The position numbers and the translations under genes were made by a program. A stretch of DNA of 42,457 bases from an uncultured bacterium (GTDB lineage: Bacteria > RBG-13-61-14 > CAZOMR01), in NCBI GenBank assembly GCA_964580655.1, contig CAZOMR010000001.1, forward strand, positions 1 to 42,457, in the 5' to 3' direction. This document shows positions 34,589-42,457 of the stretch, piece by piece; the first letter of the stretch is position 1, and every line of letters starts with the position of its first letter. The notes below the pieces were generated by a model. It was not told the DNA's origin. It saw only the letters and a list, made by a program, of their open reading frames with translations, and did no database searches.

Positions 34589-35269
34589 ATGACAAAGGAA
34601 ACCATCATGTTTGTTGATGATGAGGTTAATGTCCTTCATTCACTTCAGAGATTATTCCGCAAGGAAGGATACGAGATATTGACCTGCGTGAGCGGTGAAG
34701 AGGCCTTGAAGATTTTAGAGGAAAAGGATGTGCAGGTACTGATTGCGGACCAGCGAATGCCCGGGATGAAGGGAACAGAGCTTCTCAAGATAGTAAAGGC
34801 CCGCTATCCCCTGATCATCCGGATCATCTTGAGCGGGTTCAGCGATGTAGAAGACATCATAGAGGCCATCAATGAGGGTGAGATATATCGGTTCCTGCGT
34901 AAGCCGAATGACCTGACTGATCTCCGGCAGATCGTTCAGCGTGCACTTGATCAGAGCCGGGTGTTGAGAAAGGTGCATGATCTGAGCGAAATACTTCAAG
35001 ACCGTGAGAAAACCGCTTCATACAAGTTCAAGACCAGCTATGCCGGAGGCATGGTCAAGGTGGATCTGAATGGAGAAGACTGCGTCATCTCCCAGGAACA
35101 GGTGGTCGGGGTACTTAAGAGCCTGCTTGACCAGACGGTCAAAGACCTGCAACTGGATATCATCGGAGGGATACTGGTAAGACAAAAAGGCCGCATGACT
35201 CTCTATGCGGATATCGGGGGTGGGTTCCAGCTTGCCTTCGAGTTGCCGATAGAACAAAACAATGGATGA
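34589..35269 (+). CDS. response-regulator receiver fused to an unassigned ~100-aa C-terminal domain
   Basis: AAGGAGAG precedes the ATG at 34589 (MTKETIMFVDDE). LIADQRMPGMKG, ILSGFSD, YRFLRKP. I could not assign the C-terminal part (KTASYKFKTSYAGGMVKVDLNGEDCVISQEQ...) to any family. Confidence 0.82.
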   Translation: MTKETIMFVDDEVNVLHSLQRLFRKEGYEILTCVSGEEALKILEEKDVQVLIADQRMPGMKGTELLKIVKARYPLIIRIILSGFSDVEDIIEAINEGEIYRFLRKPNDLTDLRQIVQRALDQSRVLRKVHDLSEILQDREKTASYKFKTSYAGGMVKVDLNGEDCVISQEQVVGVLKSLLDQTVKDLQLDIIGGILVRQKGRMTLYADIGGGFQLAFELPIEQNNG

Positions 35270-38200
35270 TCGTGTCAGCGCTCAGATCACACGCGCCCTG
35301 ATTGAATACATGGAGAGGACGGGGGCCGATGTGGATGAATTGCTCTCCAGTGTGGATTACTCCCGTGACTATCTTTGTTCCCCCGGGAGATGGCTCACAA
35401 ACGAGGATTTGATTATTCTGTTCGCCCAGGCACGGAAACTCACACGCGATGCCCTCGTGCCATATTGGACCGGCCGCATACTGGTTGAATCCAGGAACCC
35501 GGAGATCATGAATCAGATGATCGGATACGAGAAAGGCCTGCAAGAGGTAATAATGAGGTTCCCGGAATGGATTCATCAGATATGCCCCAACAACCGCTTT
35601 GCAATAGAAAATTTCTCTCACAATGAATTGCTGGCGCGAGTTTCAGGGAGAAAGGAATGCCTGTACACGCGTGACTATTGCCTGTTCTTCAAGGGAATGC
35701 TGGAAGGGATTGTCCTTCTATACGGCTGTTCGCCAGAGACGGTAAGAGAGAAAACCTGCATGGTCTCCATTGATAGAGTCGGGGAAATAGATGGACATTG
35801 CTATCGAATTGATGATGAAGGCCAGGTGATCGAGTTCCAGGCAAACTCACCCGGCTCGCAAGAAAACGAAAGGGTGGTCGGAATACTTGATCCGGATCAA
35901 TCCTTCGAATATCACGGAACACGCTACGGGGCTCAGTATTGCACCTACCAGCTAACCTGGAAGGATCACCGCTCCATCATGAAAAGGGCCTGGGATATGA
36001 CCGGCGTCCGAATAATAAAGTTCGCAAGGCTTGTTCTCGCACTGGAGCACTCCACGGTCATGGATGGCGAGACATTTCAAAATATCACACATGACTGGCA
36101 ACACTGGGTTAGATGGGAAGCAAACTACCCCCTGACAAAGACCAAATACCTGGCCTACTTCGGGATCATAGTGCTGTCATCCCTTCCGGTCATGGGACAC
36201 TTCTTTGATACCATTGGCCACGACCTCTTTCGCGGATTCTCCACCATCGCGCTCTCCAGCCTTATATTAATCTTCGGATTCCTTATAACCAGGCTTCAAC
36301 TCGATAATTCAAGAAAAATCCTTCGCCAGAAACAGGAATCAGAGCAGTTTCTCCAAAGAGCCGGAGTGGGTGTAACCATGATCAACCAGAACTACGAGAT
36401 AGTCTATGCCAATCCTCTGGTCTTTAATCTCCATGGCGAGGTTATCGGCAAGAAATGCTATGAGGTATTGAGATGGGAAACCAGCCCGTGCCCTGGATGC
36501 GGATTACAAAAAGTCTTCAAAGATAAATGCAGGGAGCAGGCGGAGGTCAAGTACTTCACCAGGGACGGAAAGGAAAACTGGTTTTATGTTACATCCACGC
36601 CCCTGTTCGATAAGTATGAACAAGTGATCGGGATGCTGAACATATCTACCGACATCACGGAGAAGAAACAGCTTGAATTCGAGCTTGCTGAAAAACAGGC
36701 TGAACTGGAGACCTCGGAGGCGGAGTATCGCAACTTCATGGAGAACGCGGCCGATGCGATTGTCATCACCGACCTGGAGAGACGCCTGGTGGAAGCCAGC
36801 AAGCAGTTCTATCATCTGCTGGAGATACCGGAGGGCAGGGAACTCCAGGGGACCAATATTCTTGAGTCAGTGGTTTCCGGGCAGGAGGATACGCAAAAGC
36901 TCTTGTCAATCTCACAGGCCATGGTTCGAGACAAGAGTCCCGGGCAGTTCGATCTGAGGCTTGAGTGTCAAAGCGGACGCGCCATTGATGTGGAGGTCAG
37001 GGCTATCCCTATTATATACGAGGGCGAGGTCACCTGGATGCAGTATATCATGCGCGACATAACCGATCGCAAACAAAGGGATTTTGAGAAAAACCTGATG
37101 CTCTCGATCTCCAATGCGATCAAGGATGCACCCGGTCTACAGGAGTTGGTGGAACATGCGGCCCAGGGGATTTCAGAGATCATGCAGGTGCCCATCGCGG
37201 CTATATTCCTGAAGGACCCTGACCATCCTCAATTGCGCCTGGCCGCACACGTGGGACTCAGCCCGGAAGCGATCAGACATTTGACAAAGATCGCTATTGA
37301 CGGAAGCGCAAACGACCTTGCAAGCAGAAGCGCAATCCTCAATCGGCCTCTGGTGATATCCGATGTCGCACAACTGAAGATGAATTCCCAAACCCGGCTC
37401 CGCCTGGAGAGAATGGGCGTCTCATCAATAATCTGCATGCCCATGGTCATGGAAGAAAAGCTCCAGGGGGTGATCCAGATAACATCCCGCGAAACTGATT
37501 ACTTCAGCCAGGAGAAGATCAGTATACTCTCCCAGGTCGCAAACGAGTTGGCCGTGGGAATTGCAAGACAGCGACTTCGGGATGCACTCGAGCAGAAAAA
37601 CCGCGAACTGGTGAAGAAGCACAAGGAACTGGAAAACGCGACCATGCAACTCCTGCAGAGCGAGAAGATGGCATCCATCGGACAGCTTGCCGCAGGCGTG
37701 GCACATGAGATCAATAATCCCATGGGATTCATAAATTCCAATTTGAATGTGCTTGACGACTACCGGAAAGACCTGAAAAAGATTTTCCATGCTTACGAGA
37801 CCCTGTTCTCGGACATCAGCAGGATAAATCCGAAAGGGCCCATAGGCCAACAATTAGAGCAGATACAGGAAGCCAGGGATGAAATGGATTTTCCTCACTT
37901 GTTTGATGATTTAGATGCACTGATCCGGGAATCAAGGGAGGGAGCGGAGAGGGTCAAAAACATTATTCTAAACCTCAAGGAATTTTCACACCCGTCAAAA
38001 GGCGAGCCGGAACGGGCGGACATCAACTCCGGACTGGAAAGCACACTGAACATAGTGTGGAACGAGCTCAAATACAAGGCCGAGGTAAAGAAGGAATACG
38101 GAGAGTTGCCCAGGATCAAGTGCTATCCACGGGAGCTGAGCCAGGTGTTCATGAATATACTGATCAACGCGGCACAGGCCATCGAGAACAGGGGAGAGAT

Positions 38201-38498
38201 TGAACTCCGCACATGGAATGAGAACAACCATGTGTGCATACGGATACAAGACACAGGATGTGGAATGACACAGGAACAGATAAGCAAAATCTTCGACCCA
38301 TTTTACACTACCAAGGAAGTGGGAAAAGGCACAGGGCTCGGATTGAGCATCTCATACGGAATAGTGAAAAAGCACGGGGGGGAAATCAAGGTGGAGAGCG
38401 AGCCCGGAAAGGGAAGCGCCTTTACGATCATGCTCCCGGTTGATGGTCTGGATTCAAAGGACCAGGATGCCGAAAGGATCAAGAGCATACAGGGTTAG
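35262..38498 (+). CDS. multidomain sensor histidine kinase (N-terminal Cys-rich domain, 2 TM, PAS, PAS, GAF, HisKA, HATPase)
   Basis: 1078-aa ORF with an 8-nt overlap with the upstream gene. TM helices YLAYFGIIVLSSLPVMGHFF and FSTIALSSLILIFGFLITRL. PAS domain with CYEVLRWETSPCPGCG. H-box AAGVAHEINNPMGFI. Catalytic-domain motifs: DTGCGM (G1 box), FDPFYTTK (F box), GTGLGLS (G2 box). Confidence 0.9.
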   Translation: MDDRVSAQITRALIEYMERTGADVDELLSSVDYSRDYLCSPGRWLTNEDLIILFAQARKLTRDALVPYWTGRILVESRNPEIMNQMIGYEKGLQEVIMRFPEWIHQICPNNRFAIENFSHNELLARVSGRKECLYTRDYCLFFKGMLEGIVLLYGCSPETVREKTCMVSIDRVGEIDGHCYRIDDEGQVIEFQANSPGSQENERVVGILDPDQSFEYHGTRYGAQYCTYQLTWKDHRSIMKRAWDMTGVRIIKFARLVLALEHSTVMDGETFQNITHDWQHWVRWEANYPLTKTKYLAYFGIIVLSSLPVMGHFFDTIGHDLFRGFSTIALSSLILIFGFLITRLQLDNSRKILRQKQESEQFLQRAGVGVTMINQNYEIVYANPLVFNLHGEVIGKKCYEVLRWETSPCPGCGLQKVFKDKCREQAEVKYFTRDGKENWFYVTSTPLFDKYEQVIGMLNISTDITEKKQLEFELAEKQAELETSEAEYRNFMENAADAIVITDLERRLVEASKQFYHLLEIPEGRELQGTNILESVVSGQEDTQKLLSISQAMVRDKSPGQFDLRLECQSGRAIDVEVRAIPIIYEGEVTWMQYIMRDITDRKQRDFEKNLMLSISNAIKDAPGLQELVEHAAQGISEIMQVPIAAIFLKDPDHPQLRLAAHVGLSPEAIRHLTKIAIDGSANDLASRSAILNRPLVISDVAQLKMNSQTRLRLERMGVSSIICMPMVMEEKLQGVIQITSRETDYFSQEKISILSQVANELAVGIARQRLRDALEQKNRELVKKHKELENATMQLLQSEKMASIGQLAAGVAHEINNPMGFINSNLNVLDDYRKDLKKIFHAYETLFSDISRINPKGPIGQQLEQIQEARDEMDFPHLFDDLDALIRESREGAERVKNIILNLKEFSHPSKGEPERADINSGLESTLNIVWNELKYKAEVKKEYGELPRIKCYPRELSQVFMNILINAAQAIENRGEIELRTWNENNHVCIRIQDTGCGMTQEQISKIFDPFYTTKEVGKGTGLGLSISYGIVKKHGGEIKVESEPGKGSAFTIMLPVDGLDSKDQDAERIKSIQG
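38045..38413 (+). repeat. catalytic-domain segment near-identical at the DNA level to 39704-40081 (paralogous kinase)
   Basis: Two highly similar blocks flank a divergent centre. 38045-38190 vs 39704-39849 shows roughly 1 mismatch in 8 by eye. 38292-38413 vs 39960-40081 shows about 7 mismatches in 122 nt by eye. Confidence 0.8.
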
Positions 38499-38510
38499 GA
38501 GAACCTGGCT

Positions 38511-40118
38511 ATGAAAAGTATTTCTGAAGACAAACAAGAAAAAGTATTCGCACAAATTTGCAAATGCGCATTTGATTCCAACCAGGACGGAATAGCAATC
38601 TTCAACATTGAAGCCGAACTTGAATTCGCAAATAACGCGTTTGTGAAATTATCAGGATACCAGAGTCAAGCGGAAATCCAGGGATTGAACATGAATAAAT
38701 TCTTTCCCCCTGAAGAGGCCAGCATACTCGTTGAGGCGATCCGAAAATGTAAGCGAACTGAAACCATCAAGATGAATGACGCCCGGGCACAGATGAAAAA
38801 CGGCGAGATTCTCCCGGTATCAGTGTATGCCTTTGTCATCTACGATGATGATGACCAGAAAGCAGGATTGACGTGCTCGATCAGGGACATCACGGACAGA
38901 AAGCGCGCGGAAGAGAATTTGTGCCAGAGCGACGAGAGGTATCAGGCACTGTTTGACCGCTCACTTGATTTAGTATACATCAGTGATTTTGAGGGAAAAT
39001 TTATTGACGCAAACCCCGCGGCCCTGAATCTGCTCGGATACAAAAAGGAGGATATTCTTTGTCTTGATTTCGCATCCTTACTGTCTCAGGACCAAATGCC
39101 AGAGGCCATTAAATCTCTTGAAGAATTAAAAGAAACAGGTTCTCAAAAAGAGTTAACAGAGTTCAAATTGAAATGCAAAGACGGTGAATATATAGATGTC
39201 GAGAGCAAGGCGTCTGTTATTTATCAGGATGGAAAGCCTTACGCAATTCTGGGGATTGCAAGAGACATCACGGAGCGCAAGCGGGCAGAGAAAGAGAAGG
39301 AGAAAATCTTCATCACCCTGGCGCAAACGGAAAAGCTCGCGTCCCTCGGAAGGCTCGCCGGGGGAATGGCACATGAGATCAATAATCCACTTGGATACAT
39401 CCACGCCAATTTGAATGTCCTGAACGAATATCACGAAAGCATGCTTCAGGCCTTCCGCGTTTACGATGATCTTGTGTTCAAAAAAATTAATGAGCTTGAT
39501 GCAAAAAAGCTGGATCAAGAAAGAAAAAGGCTTGCTGATCTGAAGCAACAACTGGACCTTGACTACCTGTTTGAGGACTTCCAGGCCCTTATACGCGAGA
39601 CACGCGAAGGGGTGGACAGGGTAAGTAAAATTGTCAAAAGCATGGGTAAACTTTCAGATACCCCGGCATACAAGGCGGAATGGGCGGACATCAATGAAAG
39701 CATGGAAAGCACACTGAACATGGTGTGGAACGAACTAAAGTACAAAGCCGAGGTGAAAAAGGAATACGGAGAGTTGCCCCAGATCAAGTGTTATCCCGGG
39801 GAGCTGAGCCAGGTCTTCATGAATATCCTGACCAATGCGGCCCAGGCAATCAAGGCCCGGGGAAAAATTCATGTTCGCACATGGACAGGGGACGGCTATG
39901 TGAATGTGGAGATCAAGGACACGGGAAAGGGGATAAGCGAGGATCATCTCAAGAATATTTTCGACCCTTTTTACACTACCAAGGAAGTGGGAAAAGGCAC
40001 AGGCCTCGGATTGAGCATCTCTTACGGAATAGTGAAAAAGCACGGCGGAGAGATCAAGGTGGAGAGCGAGCCTGGAAAGGGCTCAACATTTACAATTAGT
40101 TTGCCGATAGAAACATGA
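38511..40118 (+). CDS. PAS-PAS sensor histidine kinase (cytoplasmic)
   Basis: 535-aa ORF with two PAS regions (each ending IRDITDRKRAEE or ARDITERKRAEKE). H-box [15 protein letters not shown]. Catalytic-domain motifs: DTGKGI (G1 box), FDPFYTTK (F box), GTGLGLS (G2 box). Confidence 0.9.
   Translation: MKSISEDKQEKVFAQICKCAFDSNQDGIAIFNIEAELEFANNAFVKLSGYQSQAEIQGLNMNKFFPPEEASILVEAIRKCKRTETIKMNDARAQMKNGEILPVSVYAFVIYDDDDQKAGLTCSIRDITDRKRAEENLCQSDERYQALFDRSLDLVYISDFEGKFIDANPAALNLLGYKKEDILCLDFASLLSQDQMPEAIKSLEELKETGSQKELTEFKLKCKDGEYIDVESKASVIYQDGKPYAILGIARDITERKRAEKEKEKIFITLAQTEKLASLGRLAGGMAHEINNPLGYIHANLNVLNEYHESMLQAFRVYDDLVFKKINELDAKKLDQERKRLADLKQQLDLDYLFEDFQALIRETREGVDRVSKIVKSMGKLSDTPAYKAEWADINESMESTLNMVWNELKYKAEVKKEYGELPQIKCYPGELSQVFMNILTNAAQAIKARGKIHVRTWTGDGYVNVEIKDTGKGISEDHLKNIFDPFYTTKEVGKGTGLGLSISYGIVKKHGGEIKVESEPGKGSTFTISLPIET
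39704..40081 (+). repeat. partner copy of the kinase catalytic-domain repeat at 38045-38413
   Basis: See 38045-38413. The offset changes by 9 nt across the divergent centre. Confidence 0.8.
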
Positions 40119-41380
40119 GTTACGCAAGCGATGCCGCGAGAGAGGACACGGCTGAGAACGCCGAGCTCAAGGACTGGTCCGAGCGACTCAGGTCATTGAG
40201 CGTGCTGTTCGTGGATGACGAGTCAAATGTGCTCCGCTCTATTGCACGAGTGCTCCGACACGAGCCATACAGGATTATTACTGCCAGCTCCGCATCTGAA
40301 GGCCTGGAGATACTGAATTCGCAACCGGTCCAGATGATCGTATCAGACCAGCGCATGCCGAAGATAACAGGAATCGAGTTTCTTGAGAAGGCCCGCGAGA
40401 TTTCCCCCGACACGATCAGGTTGATGCTAACAGGATACAGCGACCTGAAAACAGCGGAAGAGGCTATCAACAAGGTGGAGATATACCGCTTTCTATCAAA
40501 GCCCTGGAATGACGAGGACCTGAAGGCCACCATCCGACAGGGACTGATGAAATGGAGTTTGAAAAAGGACAATGAGAGGATGATGCAGATCATCGAGGAG
40601 CAGAACGGGGAGCTATGGGACCTCAATCAGAACCTGGAGAGGAAGGTGGAGGAAAGAACATGTGAGTTGAAGCAAGCAGAGGCCAGGTTGATTCAATCGG
40701 AAAAGATGGCTTCGGTAGGACTCCTGGCCGGCGGGATAGCACATGAGATCAATAATCCTCTGGCAGGAATCATGGGGATTACCCAAACTCTGATCATGGA
40801 ACTTGAGGGTAATAAAGATGCGGTGGATGATCTTAAGACCATTGAGAGGGCCGCAATTCAGTGCAAGGAGATAGTGCAAAACCTCTTGAAATTCTCCAGG
40901 CAGGATGTCAATAAAAAACGAGAACCCGTGGACATCCCCCTGATCTTCCAGCACTCCCTGAACCTTATCGGCTATATCTTTCGAGATTCACATATCCAGA
41001 TCACGCAGGAATACGACCCGGAACTCCCTTTATTGAGAGGCAATCCCAACCAGCTCCAGCAGGTGATTATCAACCTGCTTACCAATGCCCAACAGGCCAT
41101 GAGAAAAGGAGGAACCGTCAGTATAAGAGGCAAGAAGACCGAAAACGGCGGACTGATAGTGGAAGTGGAGGATCAGGGGGAAGGCATTCCCGAATCAATT
41201 CGAGCCAAGATATTCGATCCGTTTTTTACGACAAAGCCGGAAGGGAAGGGCACAGGTCTCGGTTTATCCGTGAGCTGGGGCATCATCCGTGATCACGGTG
41301 GAAGGATCGAGGTGACAAGTGAGGTCGGCAGGGGAACATGTATGAGGCTCGTCTTTGATGCCGCACAGGATTACTTTTGA
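40115..41380 (+). CDS. hybrid receiver-histidine kinase (REC, HisKA, HATPase)
   Basis: 421-aa ORF with an ATGA overlap. [19 protein letters not shown] and YRFLSKPW (REC). H-box [15 protein letters not shown]. Catalytic-domain motifs: DQGEGI (G1 box), FDPFFTTK (F box), GTGLGLS (G2 box). Confidence 0.9.
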   Translation: MSYASDAAREDTAENAELKDWSERLRSLSVLFVDDESNVLRSIARVLRHEPYRIITASSASEGLEILNSQPVQMIVSDQRMPKITGIEFLEKAREISPDTIRLMLTGYSDLKTAEEAINKVEIYRFLSKPWNDEDLKATIRQGLMKWSLKKDNERMMQIIEEQNGELWDLNQNLERKVEERTCELKQAEARLIQSEKMASVGLLAGGIAHEINNPLAGIMGITQTLIMELEGNKDAVDDLKTIERAAIQCKEIVQNLLKFSRQDVNKKREPVDIPLIFQHSLNLIGYIFRDSHIQITQEYDPELPLLRGNPNQLQQVIINLLTNAQQAMRKGGTVSIRGKKTENGGLIVEVEDQGEGIPESIRAKIFDPFFTTKPEGKGTGLGLSVSWGIIRDHGGRIEVTSEVGRGTCMRLVFDAAQDYF

Positions 41381-41411
41381 GTCCACTCAAAAAAGAAAGG
41401 GGATAGAATCA

Positions 41412-41834
41412 ATGACAAAGAAATTGATCTTCGTGGTAGACGACGACACGATTTTGAGAAATGCCATCAAGCGATTCCTCTGTTCGCGCGGCTTTGAAGT
41501 CAAGGCCCTGGAAGACGGCTTTGATGTGCTTCTACTTTGTGAATACCTCCACCCGGACCTCATAATCAGCGACATCCGTATGCCAAAGCTGGACGGCATA
41601 ACACTCCTGGAGGGCCTGAGGAATCGCGAGGCGACCAGAGACATCCCGGTGATCTTTATGTCGGCTTTCGGCAATGATGAAATTCTGGATAAGGCCAGGG
41701 AACTCGGAGCTGAGTTCTTCCTTCTTAAGCCGTTTCAGGTGAGCTATTTGGAAGAGGTGATTGAACACGCACTTACCGAAGAATATATCATCAACCAGAA
41801 TAACCAGAGCTATTTATTGAATCAAGGAGGATAG
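41412..41834 (+). CDS. CheY-like stand-alone receiver protein
   Basis: The track ORF starts at 41355. AAGGGGA 8 nt upstream favours the ATG at 41412 (MTKKLIFVVDDD). IISDIRMPKLDG, FMSAFG, FFLLKPF. Confidence 0.85.
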   Translation: MTKKLIFVVDDDTILRNAIKRFLCSRGFEVKALEDGFDVLLLCEYLHPDLIISDIRMPKLDGITLLEGLRNREATRDIPVIFMSAFGNDEILDKARELGAEFFLLKPFQVSYLEEVIEHALTEEYIINQNNQSYLLNQGG

Positions 41835-41838
41835 AACC

Positions 41839-42267
41839 TTGCTTGAATATAAGGAACAAGAAAAACGAATGGAAAAAACTCAAGAGCATAAGTTCGACCG
41901 GGAACTCACCTTCCGAGAGGCCATTCTCAATGACGAAGCCTCTGTTTACCTCGATCATGTCATAACACTGGCTGAACTACCTTGCGCGCTTATGGGGCCT
42001 TCCGGAGAGAATGTCTGCTCATACCGCTTGAGCCCAGGCAAAGATTTAATGTCCTTGATAAAAGAAAAGGGCCTGCCCGAAAAGCCTACCTGCTACAGGG
42101 GCCGAAACGGCTCGGATTGCTGGGGATTCCCGGTTAAACACGAGGGCGAAACATTCGGCGTGCTTCTGGTCGAGCAGATACTTGAGGCGGGCCCAAAGCC
42201 GCATTATCAAAAGATAAACAGCATGATTGTATTGATAGAAAAATTCTTGAACCTTAAACATCAATAG
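41839..42267 (+). CDS. small Cys-containing protein, possibly a PocR-like sensory domain
   Basis: 142-aa ORF. The TTG start is 7 nt after AAGGAGGA; an alternative ATG is at 41869. PTCYRGRNGSDCWGFPVKHEGETFGVLLVEQ loosely resembles the PocR core. The assignment is weak. Confidence 0.5.
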   Translation: MLEYKEQEKRMEKTQEHKFDRELTFREAILNDEASVYLDHVITLAELPCALMGPSGENVCSYRLSPGKDLMSLIKEKGLPEKPTCYRGRNGSDCWGFPVKHEGETFGVLLVEQILEAGPKPHYQKINSMIVLIEKFLNLKHQ

Positions 42268-42388
42268 CGAATGATTTCAGAGGTGCATGACATATCTCTG
42301 GAGCTTTCATACCAGGAACTGCTTGAGAAGAACAAATAACAGCATAAAAATCAGACCGGCATAAAAGGCAGTGAGATCTGGAATCCGG

Positions 42389-42457
42389 GATTTGAGATCT
42401 GAGATTTGAGATCTGAGATTTGAGATCTGAGATTTGAGATCTGAGATTTGAGATCTG
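42389..42457. repeat. perfect 14-bp tandem repeat (gatttgagatctga), about 4.9 copies, truncated by the window end
   Basis: Units start at 42389, 42403, 42417, 42431 and 42445. Each unit consists of two related 7-mers (gagatct/gagattt). A degenerate partial copy tgagatctg lies at 42372-42380. Confidence 0.9.

Noticed and set aside
17142-41411. Long N-terminal extensions in the ORF track (starts at 10742, 16045, 17142, 18259, 23678, 33540, 34565, 41355)
   Set aside because: Each extension overlaps the preceding gene or a promoter, and adds residues that do not belong to the recognised domain. In most cases an internal start with a better RBS, immediately after the upstream stop, fits better (10787, 16117, 17262, 18379, 23765, 33579, 34589, 41412). 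The exceptions are 10787, which has no clear RBS, and 16117, whose RBS spacing is long.
42265-42267. In-frame TAG as a possible pyrrolysine codon, prompted by the corrinoid protein at 15309
   Set aside because: The window has no pyl genes and no methylamine methyltransferase. The downstream extension is only 24 sense codons long and ends at a TAA. A decayed gene or a true stop is the simpler explanation.
42389-42457. The tandem repeat as a possible CRISPR array
   Set aside because: The units are 14 bp and directly abutting, with no spacers, and no cas genes are present. It is a simple tandem repeat.
1-42457. The window as a mobile or defence island
   Set aside because: I recognised no integrase, transposase, phage, toxin-antitoxin, restriction or cas genes, and no flanking tRNA. 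Core genes (queA, tgt, yajC, secDF, recJ) sit in the middle. The unusual modules appear to be chromosomal signalling and envelope systems.

Overview
This is a densely coding 42.5-kb bacterial chromosomal window. Only one gene (hsp20) is on the minus strand. I found no rRNA, tRNA, CRISPR array, transposase or integrase. The content falls into six blocks.

(1) 106-13126: an endonuclease III-like gene runs into an eight-gene MoxR AAA+ / DUF58 / vWA / DUF4159 'Bat-like' envelope cluster. The cluster also encodes a 1055-aa coiled-coil membrane protein and a TPR protein with an HExxH motif.

(2) 13439-15941: a stand-alone cyclic-nucleotide-binding (CNB) protein, an Hsp70 that has only the nucleotide-binding domain, and an orphan corrinoid (B12-binding) protein.

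(3) 16117-27233: housekeeping genes, namely SpoIID/LytB-domain protein, GAF-GGDEF cyclase, queA, tgt, yajC, secD, secF, DUF456, recJ and a DAACS-family symporter.

(4) 27300-31936: hsp20 (minus strand), transcribed divergently from a second stand-alone CNB protein. That CNB gene is followed by a ChlI-like / ChlD-like AAA+-vWA pair and a small cupin. Both AAA+ proteins carry a Cys4 insertion, and no large chelatase subunit is present in the window.

(5) 31962-42267: an NtrC-type sigma54 activator, then a good -24/-12 promoter and a tightly coupled operon. The operon encodes four stand-alone receiver proteins, three histidine kinases (one fused to a receiver) and a small PocR-like protein.

(6) Non-coding structure: a hairpin-rich element bounded by terminal inverted repeats sits inside the MoxR operon. 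A second element bounded by inverted 9-mer repeats lies in the 312-bp gap at 13127-13438. A 14-bp tandem repeat runs off the 3' edge of the window.

The best candidates for under-described systems are the sigma54-wired multi-kinase/multi-receiver module, the two CNB-protein-plus-ATPase pairs, the H-subunit-less ChlI/ChlD pair and the extended MoxR/vWA cluster. All family assignments rest on motifs read by eye and on remembered family signatures. No database search was run.
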